From positions 62,001 through 126,000 of IMG/VR virus record IMGVR_UViG_3300032214_000715: a stretch of 64,000 nt of DNA. One strand, 5' to 3'. Both the position numbers and the translations under genes were made by a program. Below, piece after piece: positions 1-9,666 of the stretch. The notes under the pieces were generated by a model. That model was not told the origin of the DNA. It saw only the letters and a program-made list of their open reading frames with translations, and did not search any database. Each line of letters starts with the position of its first letter. Positions within the stretch are counted from its first letter, which is position 1.

Positions 1-339
1 GAAGCACACCATATGAAACAGCCCAAAAATAGACTCAAACATTCTATTCGCCAAAAGTCTTTAGGTAGTAATCATCATTTTAATACTCCAGAGAATCGCG
101 AGCGTATGCGTATCAACAACCCCGGATCATTCCCAGAGAATCGTGCTCGTGCCTCTAAACAACTATTAGAAAACAATCCAATGTATGATCCTGTAGCATT
201 AGCAAAGATAAGCGGTGAAAATCATTGGACAAAAAACAATGCCCACTTAAAAACTTGTGAGCATTGTAGTATTGCCGACATATCCAAATCGAACTACACC
301 CGATGGCACGGTCCCAAATGTAAGTCTATTACATTGTAG
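1..339 (+). CDS. C-terminal part of a probable homing endonuclease (runs off window start)
   Basis: Frame is open from base 1; ends in CxxC...NYTRWHGPKCK, a zinc-finger tail typical of phage homing endonucleases. Confidence 0.55.
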   Translation, partial: EAHHMKQPKNRLKHSIRQKSLGSNHHFNTPENRERMRINNPGSFPENRARASKQLLENNPMYDPVALAKISGENHWTKNNAHLKTCEHCSIADISKSNYTRWHGPKCKSITL

Positions 340-931
340 GACCGTTTCCACTCTTAAAGCCCACAGAGCCACCTTGTTCCGTAATCCTCTTTAAGGCATC
401 CTCAAAAAGGATAGGAGCAAAGTCTGTTTGTTCAACACAGGCACACCAGTATCTTGGATCTATCTCATCGCTGTATAAGATTTCACCAGTTCGGGCATCG
501 ACACCTCTCGCCTTCATAACTCTGTTGGCGTGTAAGTGTCCGTGTATGTTACACGCCATCCTACCAAGGCTTGCTTCGTGGACAGGAATATGACTTAAAA
601 TAAGTCCATTCATCACATGGTAGGCACGTAATTCTCTAAAGTACTGCCTGTACTCGTCATCACGAAAGATGTCGTGATTACCACGAATCAATACCTTGTC
701 GCCGTTTAAGCGGGCTAATGTCTTTAAACTCTTACGATTGATAACCACATCGCCTAGGTGATATACCTTATCACTAGGTTTAACCCGTTCGTTCCAAGCC
801 TTAACCATGTACTCGTCCATTTCTTCAGCGCAACTAAATGGGCGCAGTGAGCTACCATCTTCGCGCTTAAATACGGTACATGTCTTTTCGTGCCCGAAAT
901 GCGTATCACTAATTAACCATACTGCTGGCAT
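329..931 (-). CDS. Calcineurin-like metallophosphoesterase
   Basis: DTHFGH, GD, GNHD and HGHLH motifs. Confidence 0.9.
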   Translation of the reverse strand: MPAVWLISDTHFGHEKTCTVFKREDGSSLRPFSCAEEMDEYMVKAWNERVKPSDKVYHLGDVVINRKSLKTLARLNGDKVLIRGNHDIFRDDEYRQYFRELRAYHVMNGLILSHIPVHEASLGRMACNIHGHLHANRVMKARGVDARTGEILYSDEIDPRYWCACVEQTDFAPILFEDALKRITEQGGSVGFKSGNGPTM

Positions 932-976
932 ATTATTCTCCTAACTTGTTAGAATTCAGTGATATCGGGAATTAAT

Positions 977-1093
977 TTATCGTATAAGAAATTGAAACGA
1001 TAGAATCGCAATCATCATTACCACTAGAATATGACCTACATTCTGCCAGAATGTAAAGTCTTTACTATAAAACCACTCTAAAATAGACTTCAT
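977..1093 (-). CDS. Small membrane protein (38 aa)
   Basis: MKSILEWF...VVMMIAILSFQFLIR, one hydrophobic segment; below ORF-track cutoff. Confidence 0.4.
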   Translation of the reverse strand: MKSILEWFYSKDFTFWQNVGHILVVMMIAILSFQFLIR

Positions 1094-1096
1094 ATT

Positions 1097-1564
1097 TTAC
1101 CTAAAACTCAGTGCTGTAGTACAAATCTTGTGAAAATTTTCTGTATCCTCTTTATACAGATCATGTGCGAATTGAATAAGTTTAAGTTTTTTCTCAATAT
1201 CTTCCTGTTTCTTGTTCTTAGAACGTTCAACGTATGTAGGACTAAGAGTTTCTTTAAAATGCTTCATGTTTCCGGCGTGATTAGTCCACTCTAGATTAGA
1301 AACATCATTATTTGACTTGTTACCATCAATATGATTGACAACATTATATCCTGGCGGGGGCCCCTTCAAAAATGTCATAGCAACGAGACGATGAACTGAA
1401 ATCGTTACTGTTTTGCCGTTTACTGACAGCCCAACTTTGCGATACCCTTGCCAGTAACTGCCATTAATTTCAACTGGTTCGCCTCCTCGTTTAGAGGAAA
1501 ATACTTTTCCACTATTAGTGACAAAGTAACCTGGAAAATTTTTGATTTCTACTGCGTCTTTCAT
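1097..1564 (-). CDS. NUMOD4-HNH homing endonuclease
   Basis: YFVTNSGKV, VHRLVA and VNHIDGNKSNNDVSNLEW motifs. Confidence 0.9.
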   Translation of the reverse strand: MKDAVEIKNFPGYFVTNSGKVFSSKRGGEPVEINGSYWQGYRKVGLSVNGKTVTISVHRLVAMTFLKGPPPGYNVVNHIDGNKSNNDVSNLEWTNHAGNMKHFKETLSPTYVERSKNKKQEDIEKKLKLIQFAHDLYKEDTENFHKICTTALSFR

Positions 1565-1573
1565 TATTGTTCC

Positions 1574-1792
1574 TTAATAAATCCCAAGAATTCGTAGTTC
1601 ATCAGCGGTGAGTAGTGATTGTAGCCTACTTACCAATATCTTACGATTTTCTTTGTATTCTCGCCAATGAGCATCAATTTGAACCCAACGTTTCTTGCTC
1701 ACTGTTTTGTTGTATCGTGCGATCTCCTCATCAATCTCTTGAAGTTTGCGCGTTGCGCCAGACTTTGGAGTGCTTTCGTCATCAGTTGTCAT
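1574..1792 (-). CDS. Hypothetical protein
   Basis: 72-aa ORF in operon context. Confidence 0.6.
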   Translation of the reverse strand: MTTDDESTPKSGATRKLQEIDEEIARYNKTVSKKRWVQIDAHWREYKENRKILVSRLQSLLTADELRILGIY

Positions 1793-1804
1793 GATTTTTC
1801 TTGA

Positions 1805-2233
1805 TTATTTTGTAAGAAGATAGGGCTTGTTCCACTTGCCGACCTTTACATCAACGTAGTAAGCAATGTCAAAGTGATCAACCATAGTATCACTGTTGTC
1901 ATACCAACCAGCCGACTTGAGAGCCCGAAAAGCCTCAGCCAGAAAATTCTTGGCACTGCCAGAAAAATGCTCCTGAAACCAATATGGATTCACATCAATA
2001 TATTGCTTATTACGAACGTAATCAACTTGACTGGCTTCCATCTTGCGACCGCTGTAGCTATCAGCATCGGTCTTGATAAAATTCTCAACAAAATCAATCT
2101 TGCCAGATTTGAGAGTCAGCACGATAGTAGAGTGATTGTCAACAGACAGTGAGCCCTTGATGCCATACTTTTCCATAATGGGCTTGATCTTAGTAGCAAT
2201 TTGCTTCTTCATTTCCTGAGAGACATAAGCCAT
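1805..2233 (-). CDS. Hypothetical early protein
   Basis: 142-aa ORF with AGGAG RBS directly after the promoter at 2269-2297. Confidence 0.75.
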   Translation of the reverse strand: MAYVSQEMKKQIATKIKPIMEKYGIKGSLSVDNHSTIVLTLKSGKIDFVENFIKTDADSYSGRKMEASQVDYVRNKQYIDVNPYWFQEHFSGSAKNFLAEAFRALKSAGWYDNSDTMVDHFDIAYYVDVKVGKWNKPYLLTK

Positions 2234-2268
2234 TTCTTAACTCCTTGTTGCTTTCTGACTATGAATAC

Positions 2269-2297
2269 AGTATATCATCAATCTGATTTATTGTCAA
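2269..2297 (-). promoter_or_regulatory. Sigma70-type early promoter, representative of a family of about 20 copies
   Basis: TTGACA-17-TATACT. Related copies at 3965-3993, 4563-4591, 5668-5696, 5940-5968, 6230-6258, 6562-6590, 7008-7036, 7997-8025, 9301-9329, 15050-15078, 20067-20095, 20711-20739, 21765-21793, 21902-21930, 22098-22126, 22500-22528, 23073-23101, 24625-24653, 25450-25478, 63674-63702. Confidence 0.85.
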
Positions 2298-2328
2298 ATT
2301 TTCTCATTCGACTTAAAAAGACTGTTGA

Positions 2329-3240
2329 TTAGCACTTCCAGATATAAATCTTGTCTTGTTTCTTTTTTCCTGACTGTAGAGAACTTTGTCGTTGACCCAT
2401 TTGCTGTTTCAAATCTTCTTCTTCGTCGCAATCTGGCAATCCAAAGCTTAAAGCATCCTTGTACATTTTTGGAGAAATATTAAAGCAAACGTGACCGCCC
2501 GGCTTAATATTGTCTACGCATTTTTGCCATAGTGGAATAAGAAATTTCTTGTAAAAAATTTCATCAGATTCCCACTTAGACATATGTTCATAGACTTCTA
2601 AGTTTACATATGGCGGACTTGTCAGCACGAAATCATAATCAATTTTAGAAAAGTCAATATCTAAACAACTTGTCCATAGCATTTCTAGTCGCGACTTGTC
2701 ATCATAGTTTTTCAAATATGAGATCATATCGCGATAAGCGGGAATCATTTCTACGTTTGTATCTATTCCGGTGTAGTTTATTCCTAAAGCCCAGGCTCCT
2801 AACATTCTTCCGCCCCACCCAGCAGTGGGATCAAGTACACTGGTAGCTTTGTATTTTTTGTACAAATACTTGGAAGTTGTTGCTTTGAACATAACAACTG
2901 AGCCTAGATTTATACGAAAACACTCAAAGATGTTTCCAGCGGCAGTTCGCCCACCGCGATTTCTGTTTCTAGTATTGCTAATTAATTTAGCACGAGCGAC
3001 CTCATCATTCCATATATCGTAGATTGTTTTATCGCCGCGACGACACTTCAATAAATTTTTCAATTGAAAGTGATACAGAACTGGATTTCCAGCAAAACTA
3101 TTGGAATTAGTCGTAGCTTGAAATTTAATTAAGTTTTCAAGATCACGCACTAACTCCGCGTCGGTAATATTCTTGTGATTTTCTATATCTGTTATAGTAA
3201 CAGACTCTAAATTATTATTGATTGGCTTTATTTTTTTCAT
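2329..3240 (-). CDS. DNA amino-methyltransferase (N4-C/N6-A)
   Basis: Motif I VLDPTAGWGG and catalytic TSPPY. Confidence 0.85.
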   Translation of the reverse strand: MKKIKPINNNLESVTITDIENHKNITDAELVRDLENLIKFQATTNSNSFAGNPVLYHFQLKNLLKCRRGDKTIYDIWNDEVARAKLISNTRNRNRGGRTAAGNIFECFRINLGSVVMFKATTSKYLYKKYKATSVLDPTAGWGGRMLGAWALGINYTGIDTNVEMIPAYRDMISYLKNYDDKSRLEMLWTSCLDIDFSKIDYDFVLTSPPYVNLEVYEHMSKWESDEIFYKKFLIPLWQKCVDNIKPGGHVCFNISPKMYKDALSFGLPDCDEEEDLKQQMGQRQSSLQSGKKKQDKIYIWKC

Positions 3241-3247
3241 TGTTTAT

Positions 3248-3937
3248 TTACTGTAGCAAAGCAAACTTCAATACATTTTGTTCGCATATATTACGATTCT
3301 GATGTGTGAACCAGTTTGTGAGTTCTGAGCCGCCCTGTTGAAAGTTTTGTCTTCTGCTTTTCTGAATCCACCCACGATTATACGTGTCGGCAAGTTTCAT
3401 TCTAGCAGCAAACGTTTTTGCCAGTTCGTTCATTGCTCGTTCTTGTTCTCGTAGAATAAGAATAGCTTCTTTAGAAATAACGTCTTTTCCAAGAAAAACA
3501 GTGGTAGACTGATCATATGTACCGCTACTAAGGACATACACGGCATTTTGTTGCGGAACATTATCATTCCACATCGGAGTTCCGCCTCTTGATACACTTT
3601 TACATTCTAGCGCGATCCAAGAACCAGAAAAATCTCTTACTAGAATATCGGGAAAAGATTGAGTTCCCGCTGGCTGAAGAATGAATGAGCCAGCTGACAT
3701 GTCTTGAAAGGCAACGGAAATCTCACTGCTATTTCCAGTTTCGGCCCATTTCTTCAAAATTTTCTTAGAGCTTTTTACTTTATTCTTCAATGTACATCTG
3801 ACAAATTCAGCTTGCTCAAGTCTAACAGCAACAGCATCTTCGTGTCCGACTTTAAATACACCGGACCTGGCGCTGTCATTCTTGAAATATGGCATCGCAA
3901 GAATGTTCTTAATCGCTTGTTGAAATTGTACAGACAT
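3248..3937 (-). CDS. PD-(D/E)XK restriction-endonuclease-like protein
   Basis: QSFPDIL...LECK motif; directly upstream of the MTase. Confidence 0.55.
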   Translation of the reverse strand: MSVQFQQAIKNILAMPYFKNDSARSGVFKVGHEDAVAVRLEQAEFVRCTLKNKVKSSKKILKKWAETGNSSEISVAFQDMSAGSFILQPAGTQSFPDILVRDFSGSWIALECKSVSRGGTPMWNDNVPQQNAVYVLSSGTYDQSTTVFLGKDVISKEAILILREQERAMNELAKTFAARMKLADTYNRGWIQKSRRQNFQQGGSELTNWFTHQNRNICEQNVLKFALLQ

Positions 3938-3994
3938 TTAAAAGCTTTCTATGTAAGTTTATACAGTATATCACCAACCCGAATTATTTTCAAA

Positions 3995-4126
3995 TTATCG
4001 TGTTCGGAACCATTCACGGATATCGTAGATCAGAGTGTCCAGCAGTGAGATAAGGACAATCAAGAAGGGTGACACAACTACGCCCACGGCAACGATTACC
4101 ACCAGATTTTGAAAGAATTCGTTCAT
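3995..4126 (-). CDS. Small membrane protein (43 aa)
   Basis: MNEFFQNLVVIVAVGVVVSPFLIVLISLL...; AGGAG RBS. Confidence 0.55.
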   Translation of the reverse strand: MNEFFQNLVVIVAVGVVVSPFLIVLISLLDTLIYDIREWFRTR

Positions 4127-4135
4127 TACTACTCC

Positions 4136-4531
4136 TTAGTACTGATGGTAGATAACCATGTGATCCACTCCAGGAACATTTCCTAGAGGACGATAAACAC
4201 ACATCTCACCGTCCCAGCCATCCTGGTCGAACAGACGATCCTCAGGACCAACAGTAACGAAACGCACTTCCTTACCAGTGTGATGACTCTTGACGAAAAA
4301 AGTACGAGGCATACCGAAGTACTCGGACGCCAACTTGAGAACCTTACGGCGCTTGTCGTATTCGCACAGTTGGAGAGAAACGGTGGGAATCTGAGGTTCA
4401 CGATCAGGCACATAGCGACCTTGACGGGCGATTACATTACGGGCATAAGTTCCAAACATTTCATCTTCCTCTTCAAGTGTGGGCAGGGGATAGTGCTGCT
4501 GTTCCCATTCTGCTGACATAAAACCACGCAT
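4136..4531 (-). CDS. Hypothetical early protein
   Basis: ORF after promoter 4563-4591. Confidence 0.7.
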   Translation of the reverse strand: MRGFMSAEWEQQHYPLPTLEEEDEMFGTYARNVIARQGRYVPDREPQIPTVSLQLCEYDKRRKVLKLASEYFGMPRTFFVKSHHTGKEVRFVTVGPEDRLFDQDGWDGEMCVYRPLGNVPGVDHMVIYHQY

Positions 4532-4587
4532 TTCTTGCTCCGTTATCTAACTCAGTGAATACAGTATATCAAGAAATGGATTTATCG

Positions 4588-5127
4588 TCAAATTTTGCGA
4601 TTCAGTGATTTAATGATTATTTGTTTAGGAAGAAAATTCCAGCAAAAATAACTACTACTAAATGTAATCTTGTCGTTAGGACGACCATCCGGAGATATAA
4701 ATCGCATACGCTTATCAAACATCAATAATTGTAATTCGCGATTAGCAAAAAGTTGGGCCGGCGCGGCATCATTCAACCAGGTATTTGACATAATCAGAGC
4801 AAACGGTTTCTGAAAACTCAACGCTCTCTCAAATATCTTTCTTTTGTTAGTAAATGGAGGATTTGAAATCATGACATCCCATCTATCAGGCTCGTATGTG
4901 AAGAAATCTTGACCATTGTCTAGATGAGAATAAATTACTTGATTACTAATGGAGATTTGTTTTACAAACTCGCTTTGTGGCCCATCAAAAGGACACCAAA
5001 CTATTACATCTTTTGGAATGTATTCCAATATTGGCTCCACCCCATAAGATGGCGTATAGCATTCGTCATTGCTTCCAGCACTATACAGTATTTTTCCACT
5101 ATCAATAGATTTTCGTTCCGTATTCAT
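4588..5127 (-). CDS. Small phage DNA adenine methyltransferase-like protein
   Basis: DECYTP, WCPFD, DFF and ISNPPF motifs. Confidence 0.75.
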   Translation of the reverse strand: MNTERKSIDSGKILYSAGSNDECYTPSYGVEPILEYIPKDVIVWCPFDGPQSEFVKQISISNQVIYSHLDNGQDFFTYEPDRWDVMISNPPFTNKRKIFERALSFQKPFALIMSNTWLNDAAPAQLFANRELQLLMFDKRMRFISPDGRPNDKITFSSSYFCWNFLPKQIIIKSLNRKI

Positions 5128-5638
5128 AAATTTCTCCGTGAGTAATGATGGCCGAAAGCCTGGGGTCTTTCTTATTAGAAGAAGAAAGATATGCTTTTTT
5201 AAACTTTGGAATCAAAATCTTGCAAACAGTACTACCCGGGATGCCCCACATTTCAGCAATGCGACCATTCTCATATCTAGCATAGACATGATTATATTTA
5301 CCAAGTTTTTCTTCACGCAAATATTTTTCTTGCTTGTGCCAAGACGATTGAACACTAACTCCTGTGTAGGTGCCTTTGATTTTGTCCGAAATAGTGGACT
5401 TATATTCTTGCTCTTGTCCAGTATTTGGATCTTCGGCATCTTTTCCAGAGTAAGTTTCTCCAACTTTGTGTCCGAGCTTTGCGGCCATATGAATTTCTCT
5501 GGAACGAGCATAGTTGAACGGATCACCCCAACCATTTTCCTCGGAAAGACTATACATAGCTTCAAACAATATTTCGTATTGCTGCTCTGAAGTAAGAAGA
5601 TAAAAACTTGCAGAAAAAAATTGAGAATTAGGGTTCAT
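5102..5638 (-). CDS. Putative PD-(D/E)XK nuclease
   Basis: GKDAED...EYKST; overlaps the MTase start; start moved to MNPN, downstream of the promoter. Confidence 0.45.
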   Translation of the reverse strand: MNPNSQFFSASFYLLTSEQQYEILFEAMYSLSEENGWGDPFNYARSREIHMAAKLGHKVGETYSGKDAEDPNTGQEQEYKSTISDKIKGTYTGVSVQSSWHKQEKYLREEKLGKYNHVYARYENGRIAEMWGIPGSTVCKILIPKFKKAYLSSSNKKDPRLSAIITHGEIYEYGTKIY

Positions 5639-5703
5639 TTCTTGCTTCTGTTTTCTAACTTGAATACAGTATATCACCAAACCGATTTATTGTCAAATTT
5701 TGG

Positions 5704-5913
5704 TTACTCAACACGCTGACGACTGATATGTGCGTCCAAAAACGACATAGCACCTTCGCCAAACTGTTTGATACCAGCCTCGTAGGCATCGTCATAACGC
5801 TCATAGACACCGTAAACTGTGCCACGATAGACAAGAACATTGACCACGCCAGGCTGATCTTCGGGAAGACCCAGTGCCCTACGCAATTCTTCTCGTGTTC
5901 TCTTTGTCATCAT
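5704..5913 (-). CDS. Hypothetical early protein
   Basis: Own promoter and AGGAG RBS. Confidence 0.7.
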   Translation of the reverse strand: MMTKRTREELRRALGLPEDQPGVVNVLVYRGTVYGVYERYDDAYEAGIKQFGEGAMSFLDAHISRQRVE

Positions 5914-5964
5914 CTTCTCCTGTTTTCTAACTTGAATACAGTATAGCAGATACCCGATTTATTG

Positions 5965-6198
5965 TCAAGCGATCACGATCACGCGAGGGAATTCAGGCTT
6001 GTCAAACATATGTTGGCCTTGCTGCGGCGCCGTGAAGAAATCGGTCTTGAACTCGCGATCCTCAACGCCTTCCCAAACACGCTTGATGAACTTTGCGCGA
6101 AAAGTGCCCATTTCATGTACACCGACAACCACACCAACCATGTAGCAGTTGTCAATACCGTTGAAATCCAGACTCTTGACGATATCACCGACTTTCAT
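5965..6198 (-). CDS. Hypothetical early protein (SH3/KOW-like start)
   Basis: MKVGDIV; own promoter and RBS. Confidence 0.7.
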   Translation of the reverse strand: MKVGDIVKSLDFNGIDNCYMVGVVVGVHEMGTFRAKFIKRVWEGVEDREFKTDFFTAPQQGQHMFDKPEFPRVIVIA

Positions 6199-6264
6199 TT
6201 ATTGCTCCGTTGTCTAACTCAGTGAATACAGTATATCAAAAAACGGATTTATTGTCAAATCCGA

Positions 6265-6531
6265 TTACAGGAAATCCTTACGATTGTGACGTTCACGAGC
6301 ACTGCTGGCGAAATCACTGATGTTGCCGCACTTGTCTTCCCAACGAAGCAGACTACGAGCAGTAAACCCAATGTTCAGCTTAGACTCACATGCCGCCTCT
6401 TGATTCACTACACCGTTCAGCAGAACACGAACATGATAACGACCATTGATATTACGAACAGTGACTTCATGCTCACACTCGCCTACTAGACATCGTTGAA
6501 TTTTAACGATTTGAGTATACTTGTCAGTCAC
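6265..6531 (-). CDS. Hypothetical early protein
   Basis: GTG start, AGGAG RBS, own promoter. Confidence 0.65.
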   Translation of the reverse strand: MTDKYTQIVKIQRCLVGECEHEVTVRNINGRYHVRVLLNGVVNQEAACESKLNIGFTARSLLRWEDKCGNISDFASSARERHNRKDFL

Positions 6532-6567
6532 GATTTGCTCCTTGTTTTCTAACTTGAATACAGTATA

Positions 6568-6789
6568 TCAGATACCCAATTTACTGTCAAAAAAGTCTTC
6601 TATGAATTTAGGATCACATCGTTGCTTAAATTCATTCCATAGAGATTGATTCAGTAACGACAGGCGCAAGCTTGTCAATATTCCATTACTTTCACGAAAT
6701 CTCTCAAAATCACTACGCCAACGAACAATATCGCCGTATAGATCAGCAACTTGCTCGGCGATTTCCAATGCTTGACTTAAGCGATTCAC
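6568..6789 (-). CDS. Hypothetical protein
   Basis: 73-aa ORF. Confidence 0.5.
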   Translation of the reverse strand: MNRLSQALEIAEQVADLYGDIVRWRSDFERFRESNGILTSLRLSLLNQSLWNEFKQRCDPKFIEDFFDSKLGI

Positions 6790-6812
6790 TATGAACTCTC
6801 AGTATATTGAAA

Positions 6813-6980
6813 TTACTTTACAATAGAAAGAATGATACGTGCTTGACTAATCAATTCTTCTCTAGTGCTATTTGACAGACTCATTTGAGAGAATTTCCAC
6901 CAATTTTGATTGATAATCTCAACTTGAGCCCCAGTAAAAGTCTCAGAGAAGAATTGAACAAGCCAGAGAGGAATATTCAT
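6813..6980 (-). CDS. Hypothetical protein (55 aa)
   Basis: MNIPLWLV..., after promoter 7008-7036. Confidence 0.5.
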   Translation of the reverse strand: MNIPLWLVQFFSETFTGAQVEIINQNWWKFSQMSLSNSTREELISQARIILSIVK

Positions 6981-7233
6981 AACAAGCCCCTTATCAACAA
7001 CAAATACAGTATATCACCAACTCAATTTATTGTCAAATTTTAGACCCACGTATCTATATTGTATCCAGACACTGAGTTGGAGCGAAATCGCTGATAGCCA
7101 TACAAGTGTATAGCCACAATTTTATATGGAGGGAATATATGAATCGGCTCTATTTCTTTAGGTTTTACATTAAAAATTGGCCAAGTATCACAATGTGGAA
7201 TTGGCCAACCCGTATTTTTAAGTTCTTTTACTA

Positions 7234-7542
7234 TCACGTATGCTCTACAAATTTGATATTGGTGGCATTTATAGCAGACTGACACACATTACAGGGACGA
7301 GCCAGAGCAGGATTACCGTTTCTATCATATCTAACAATTACGAGTTTGTGAGCCCTGCTCAAATCTTTACACTTGGTAATAGCGGAAATTTCCGCGTGTA
7401 AATATACCTTATGTTCTTCTCCCACTTTTATAGCGTGTTTTGCTTGAAGTGGGTGAGTTTTCACATAAGAATTTTGTCCCACAGACAAAACTCTACCGCG
7501 CTTATCATATATGATAGCAGTGATATTTTGCTTCTGCGTCAC
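7234..7542 (-). CDS. Zinc-dependent cytidine/dCMP deaminase-fold protein
   Basis: HAE...PCxxC. Confidence 0.8.
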   Translation of the reverse strand: MTQKQNITAIIYDKRGRVLSVGQNSYVKTHPLQAKHAIKVGEEHKVYLHAEISAITKCKDLSRAHKLVIVRYDRNGNPALARPCNVCQSAINATNIKFVEHT

Positions 7543-7548
7543 TGTATT

Positions 7549-7965
7549 TTAGCCAATTTCGTTTAGTGCGCGACGAAACAAAATTTCTTGCTTGGCAAAG
7601 GCTTGAATTTCCCAGGGACGATTTAGATAATCAGTGTTCTTAGAATATCGCTTACCAGCCCAGCATTGAGCTCCGCGAGTGCTGCCCTTTAGAATTCCCT
7701 TTGTCATCTGAGCTACGTGAACCATTTCGTGTGCCAACGTTATTCCGAGATTTACCGGTGACGCTTTGGAATTCAAGACTACGAAAAACATATTCTTTGC
7801 GCCGGAAATCGGGACCGTGATTCCAGCTTCCGAGCAATCTGCTTTAAGCGTAATCAAAATAGACCCAACATTTCGGTCTATCTTTAGTTGAGACAACAGA
7901 CTTGGCATAATTGCCTCAAGCAACTTGATTTTTTTGCTGGAACGTCCAGAGAATTCGTACTGCAT
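7549..7965 (-). CDS. Zincin-like metallopeptidase
   Basis: AHEMVH...PWEIQA; start taken downstream of the promoter. Confidence 0.65.
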   Translation of the reverse strand: MQYEFSGRSSKKIKLLEAIMPSLLSQLKIDRNVGSILITLKADCSEAGITVPISGAKNMFFVVLNSKASPVNLGITLAHEMVHVAQMTKGILKGSTRGAQCWAGKRYSKNTDYLNRPWEIQAFAKQEILFRRALNEIG

Positions 7966-8021
7966 GTGTATGTTCGCTTTTCTACTCAACAGATACAGTA
8001 TATCATCAATCCTAATTATTG

Positions 8022-8630
8022 TCAAATAATATTGTCATTGTCTAGAATAACTTGCCAGCCCAATCGCAACAAATCAGTGCTAATTTCATCAGTGACTACG
8101 CTCTCGGCCACAAATTTAGCCACTACCATAGCACGGGCGCGTTGCTCTTCCGTCATATCTTCTAATTCGTCGTCTGTGTATTCTCTATTGATACCACTAC
8201 AGTACCAATTAATGTAATCACCTTCCTCACGCATATCAGCAATAATTCCGCCAGCATAGCGCCAGCTACAACTCCAAGTGGTTAGTCCATCTTTCAGAAC
8301 TAGTACAATATTCTCTGGCGTGTCCTCTACTGCGATTTTCTGAAATTCATTGTTACACATAGCCGCATACAAATTCTGTGCGTAGACCTCGCTAGTTCTT
8401 ACTTTTTCTAATACCCAATCAGTGGTTCTTAGATCGTATTCCATATTATTCTGTGTCCAGTCTGGATCTAGTTCTTTGTTATTTTGGTTTATTAACATTT
8501 GATTATAATAATCAACCATAGCTTGAGTTTCCTTATCATTCTCGGGAGTTTTACCATCAGCCGCCTGACGCTCCAAATATTTTTTTTGTTGAAAAGTATA
8601 TCGTTCTGGACTTTTACTAATTTTAGTCAT
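8022..8630 (-). CDS. Hypothetical protein
   Basis: 202-aa ORF, coupled to upstream gene. Confidence 0.75.
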   Translation of the reverse strand: MTKISKSPERYTFQQKKYLERQAADGKTPENDKETQAMVDYYNQMLINQNNKELDPDWTQNNMEYDLRTTDWVLEKVRTSEVYAQNLYAAMCNNEFQKIAVEDTPENIVLVLKDGLTTWSCSWRYAGGIIADMREEGDYINWYCSGINREYTDDELEDMTEEQRARAMVVAKFVAESVVTDEISTDLLRLGWQVILDNDNII

Positions 8631-8815
8631 ATTTCAAATCTTGTTAATTCTACGCCACTAAGAAAATTAGTATTTACCAACTCAGATAAAGCATCAAGTT
8701 TTACTAATATCTGATCGTGGGAAATATAAACCCCGGAAATCATATATTCTTTGTTATTGTAAGTGACTAATTGTCCTGTTTTATATATTGGCAAATAAAA
8801 TACTTTAGTTGGCAT
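8627..8815 (-). CDS. Hypothetical protein
   Basis: MPTKVFY..., overlaps both neighbours. Confidence 0.55.
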   Translation of the reverse strand: MPTKVFYLPIYKTGQLVTYNNKEYMISGVYISHDQILVKLDALSELVNTNFLSGVELTRFEI

Positions 8816-9275
8816 ACCAAATCTCTTTGAAGCCTTCTTCTTCAGTGGGCATTTCAAAATTTTGAATCATAACGCTAACCACATTCCACGGAATAGTTTT
8901 TCCTGGACGATTTGACAATCGTGTCAGTAATTCGCTTTCAGCCGGTGTACGAAACACTACCGCAATCGCATAGTAGTTAGACAGCATGTTGAACTTCTTT
9001 TTTCTGCTAATGACTGACGTAGAAGTTTGATCCCAGATAATATCCTTGCCTTCATCCCGCGCCCGTACTACATCGTCTGCCATTAGTTTTACGGCATACG
9101 GCATGTAGTCTCGAAAGACTTCACTGTAGGTTTGACCCACTGTATTGGCATAGTTTTCTACATGAGCGTCTGTGCTAACAATAGCACAATTTTTAGCCCA
9201 CTCTTGATTTTTGATCCACGTAGATTTACCACTACCTGGAACACCAACTAATACATACAACTTTGGCTGACTCAT
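8805..9275 (-). CDS. P-loop kinase (AAA_33 / polynucleotide kinase-like)
   Basis: GVPGSGKST Walker A; start at MSQPK. Confidence 0.8.
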   Translation of the reverse strand: MSQPKLYVLVGVPGSGKSTWIKNQEWAKNCAIVSTDAHVENYANTVGQTYSEVFRDYMPYAVKLMADDVVRARDEGKDIIWDQTSTSVISRKKKFNMLSNYYAIAVVFRTPAESELLTRLSNRPGKTIPWNVVSVMIQNFEMPTEEEGFKEIWYAN

Positions 9276-9362
9276 TTGTTTTCCATTTAATGATTGATGT
9301 AGTATACTATAGACTGTATTTTTTGTCAAACAAATTCTATGTTATTTATTCACGTGGGAAAT

Positions 9363-9386
9363 AAAAAAGCACCCGAAGGTGCTTTT
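9363..9386 (-). terminator. Intrinsic terminator after tmRNA coding piece
   Basis: AAAAGCACC-TTCG-GGTGCTTTT plus T-run. Confidence 0.85.
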
Positions 9387-9655
9387 AGGTTTTTTCTGTT
9401 GCCCGGTATTTCCTACCGCGATAGCCGGTTTAGGCAGCCATCAGGAATGCTTCATTGTTAGCATTTAAAGGTTTTGCTTCTACAGTCGAGATATCTCAAC
9501 ATTAACGACTTCTGCTTTGCCGATTCTAATCATTTCTTATTAGCTCCGTCGAATCCTTTCATCCCCATAAAAAACATTATATTGCTTTTTATGAAAATGG
9601 TGGAGATGCCGGCATACGATAGCCGGGTCCGCAACTCATCAGATAATGACTTTCA
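9387..9655 (-). ncRNA. ssrA: Two-piece (circularly permuted) tmRNA; tag (A)ANNEAFLMAA
   Basis: Acceptor piece ending CATCTCCACCA (9598) lies upstream of GGGGATGAAAGGATTCGAC (9566); 7-bp acceptor with G3.U; tag frame 9462-9430. Confidence 0.9.
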
Positions 9656-9666
9656 AGGAAAATATC

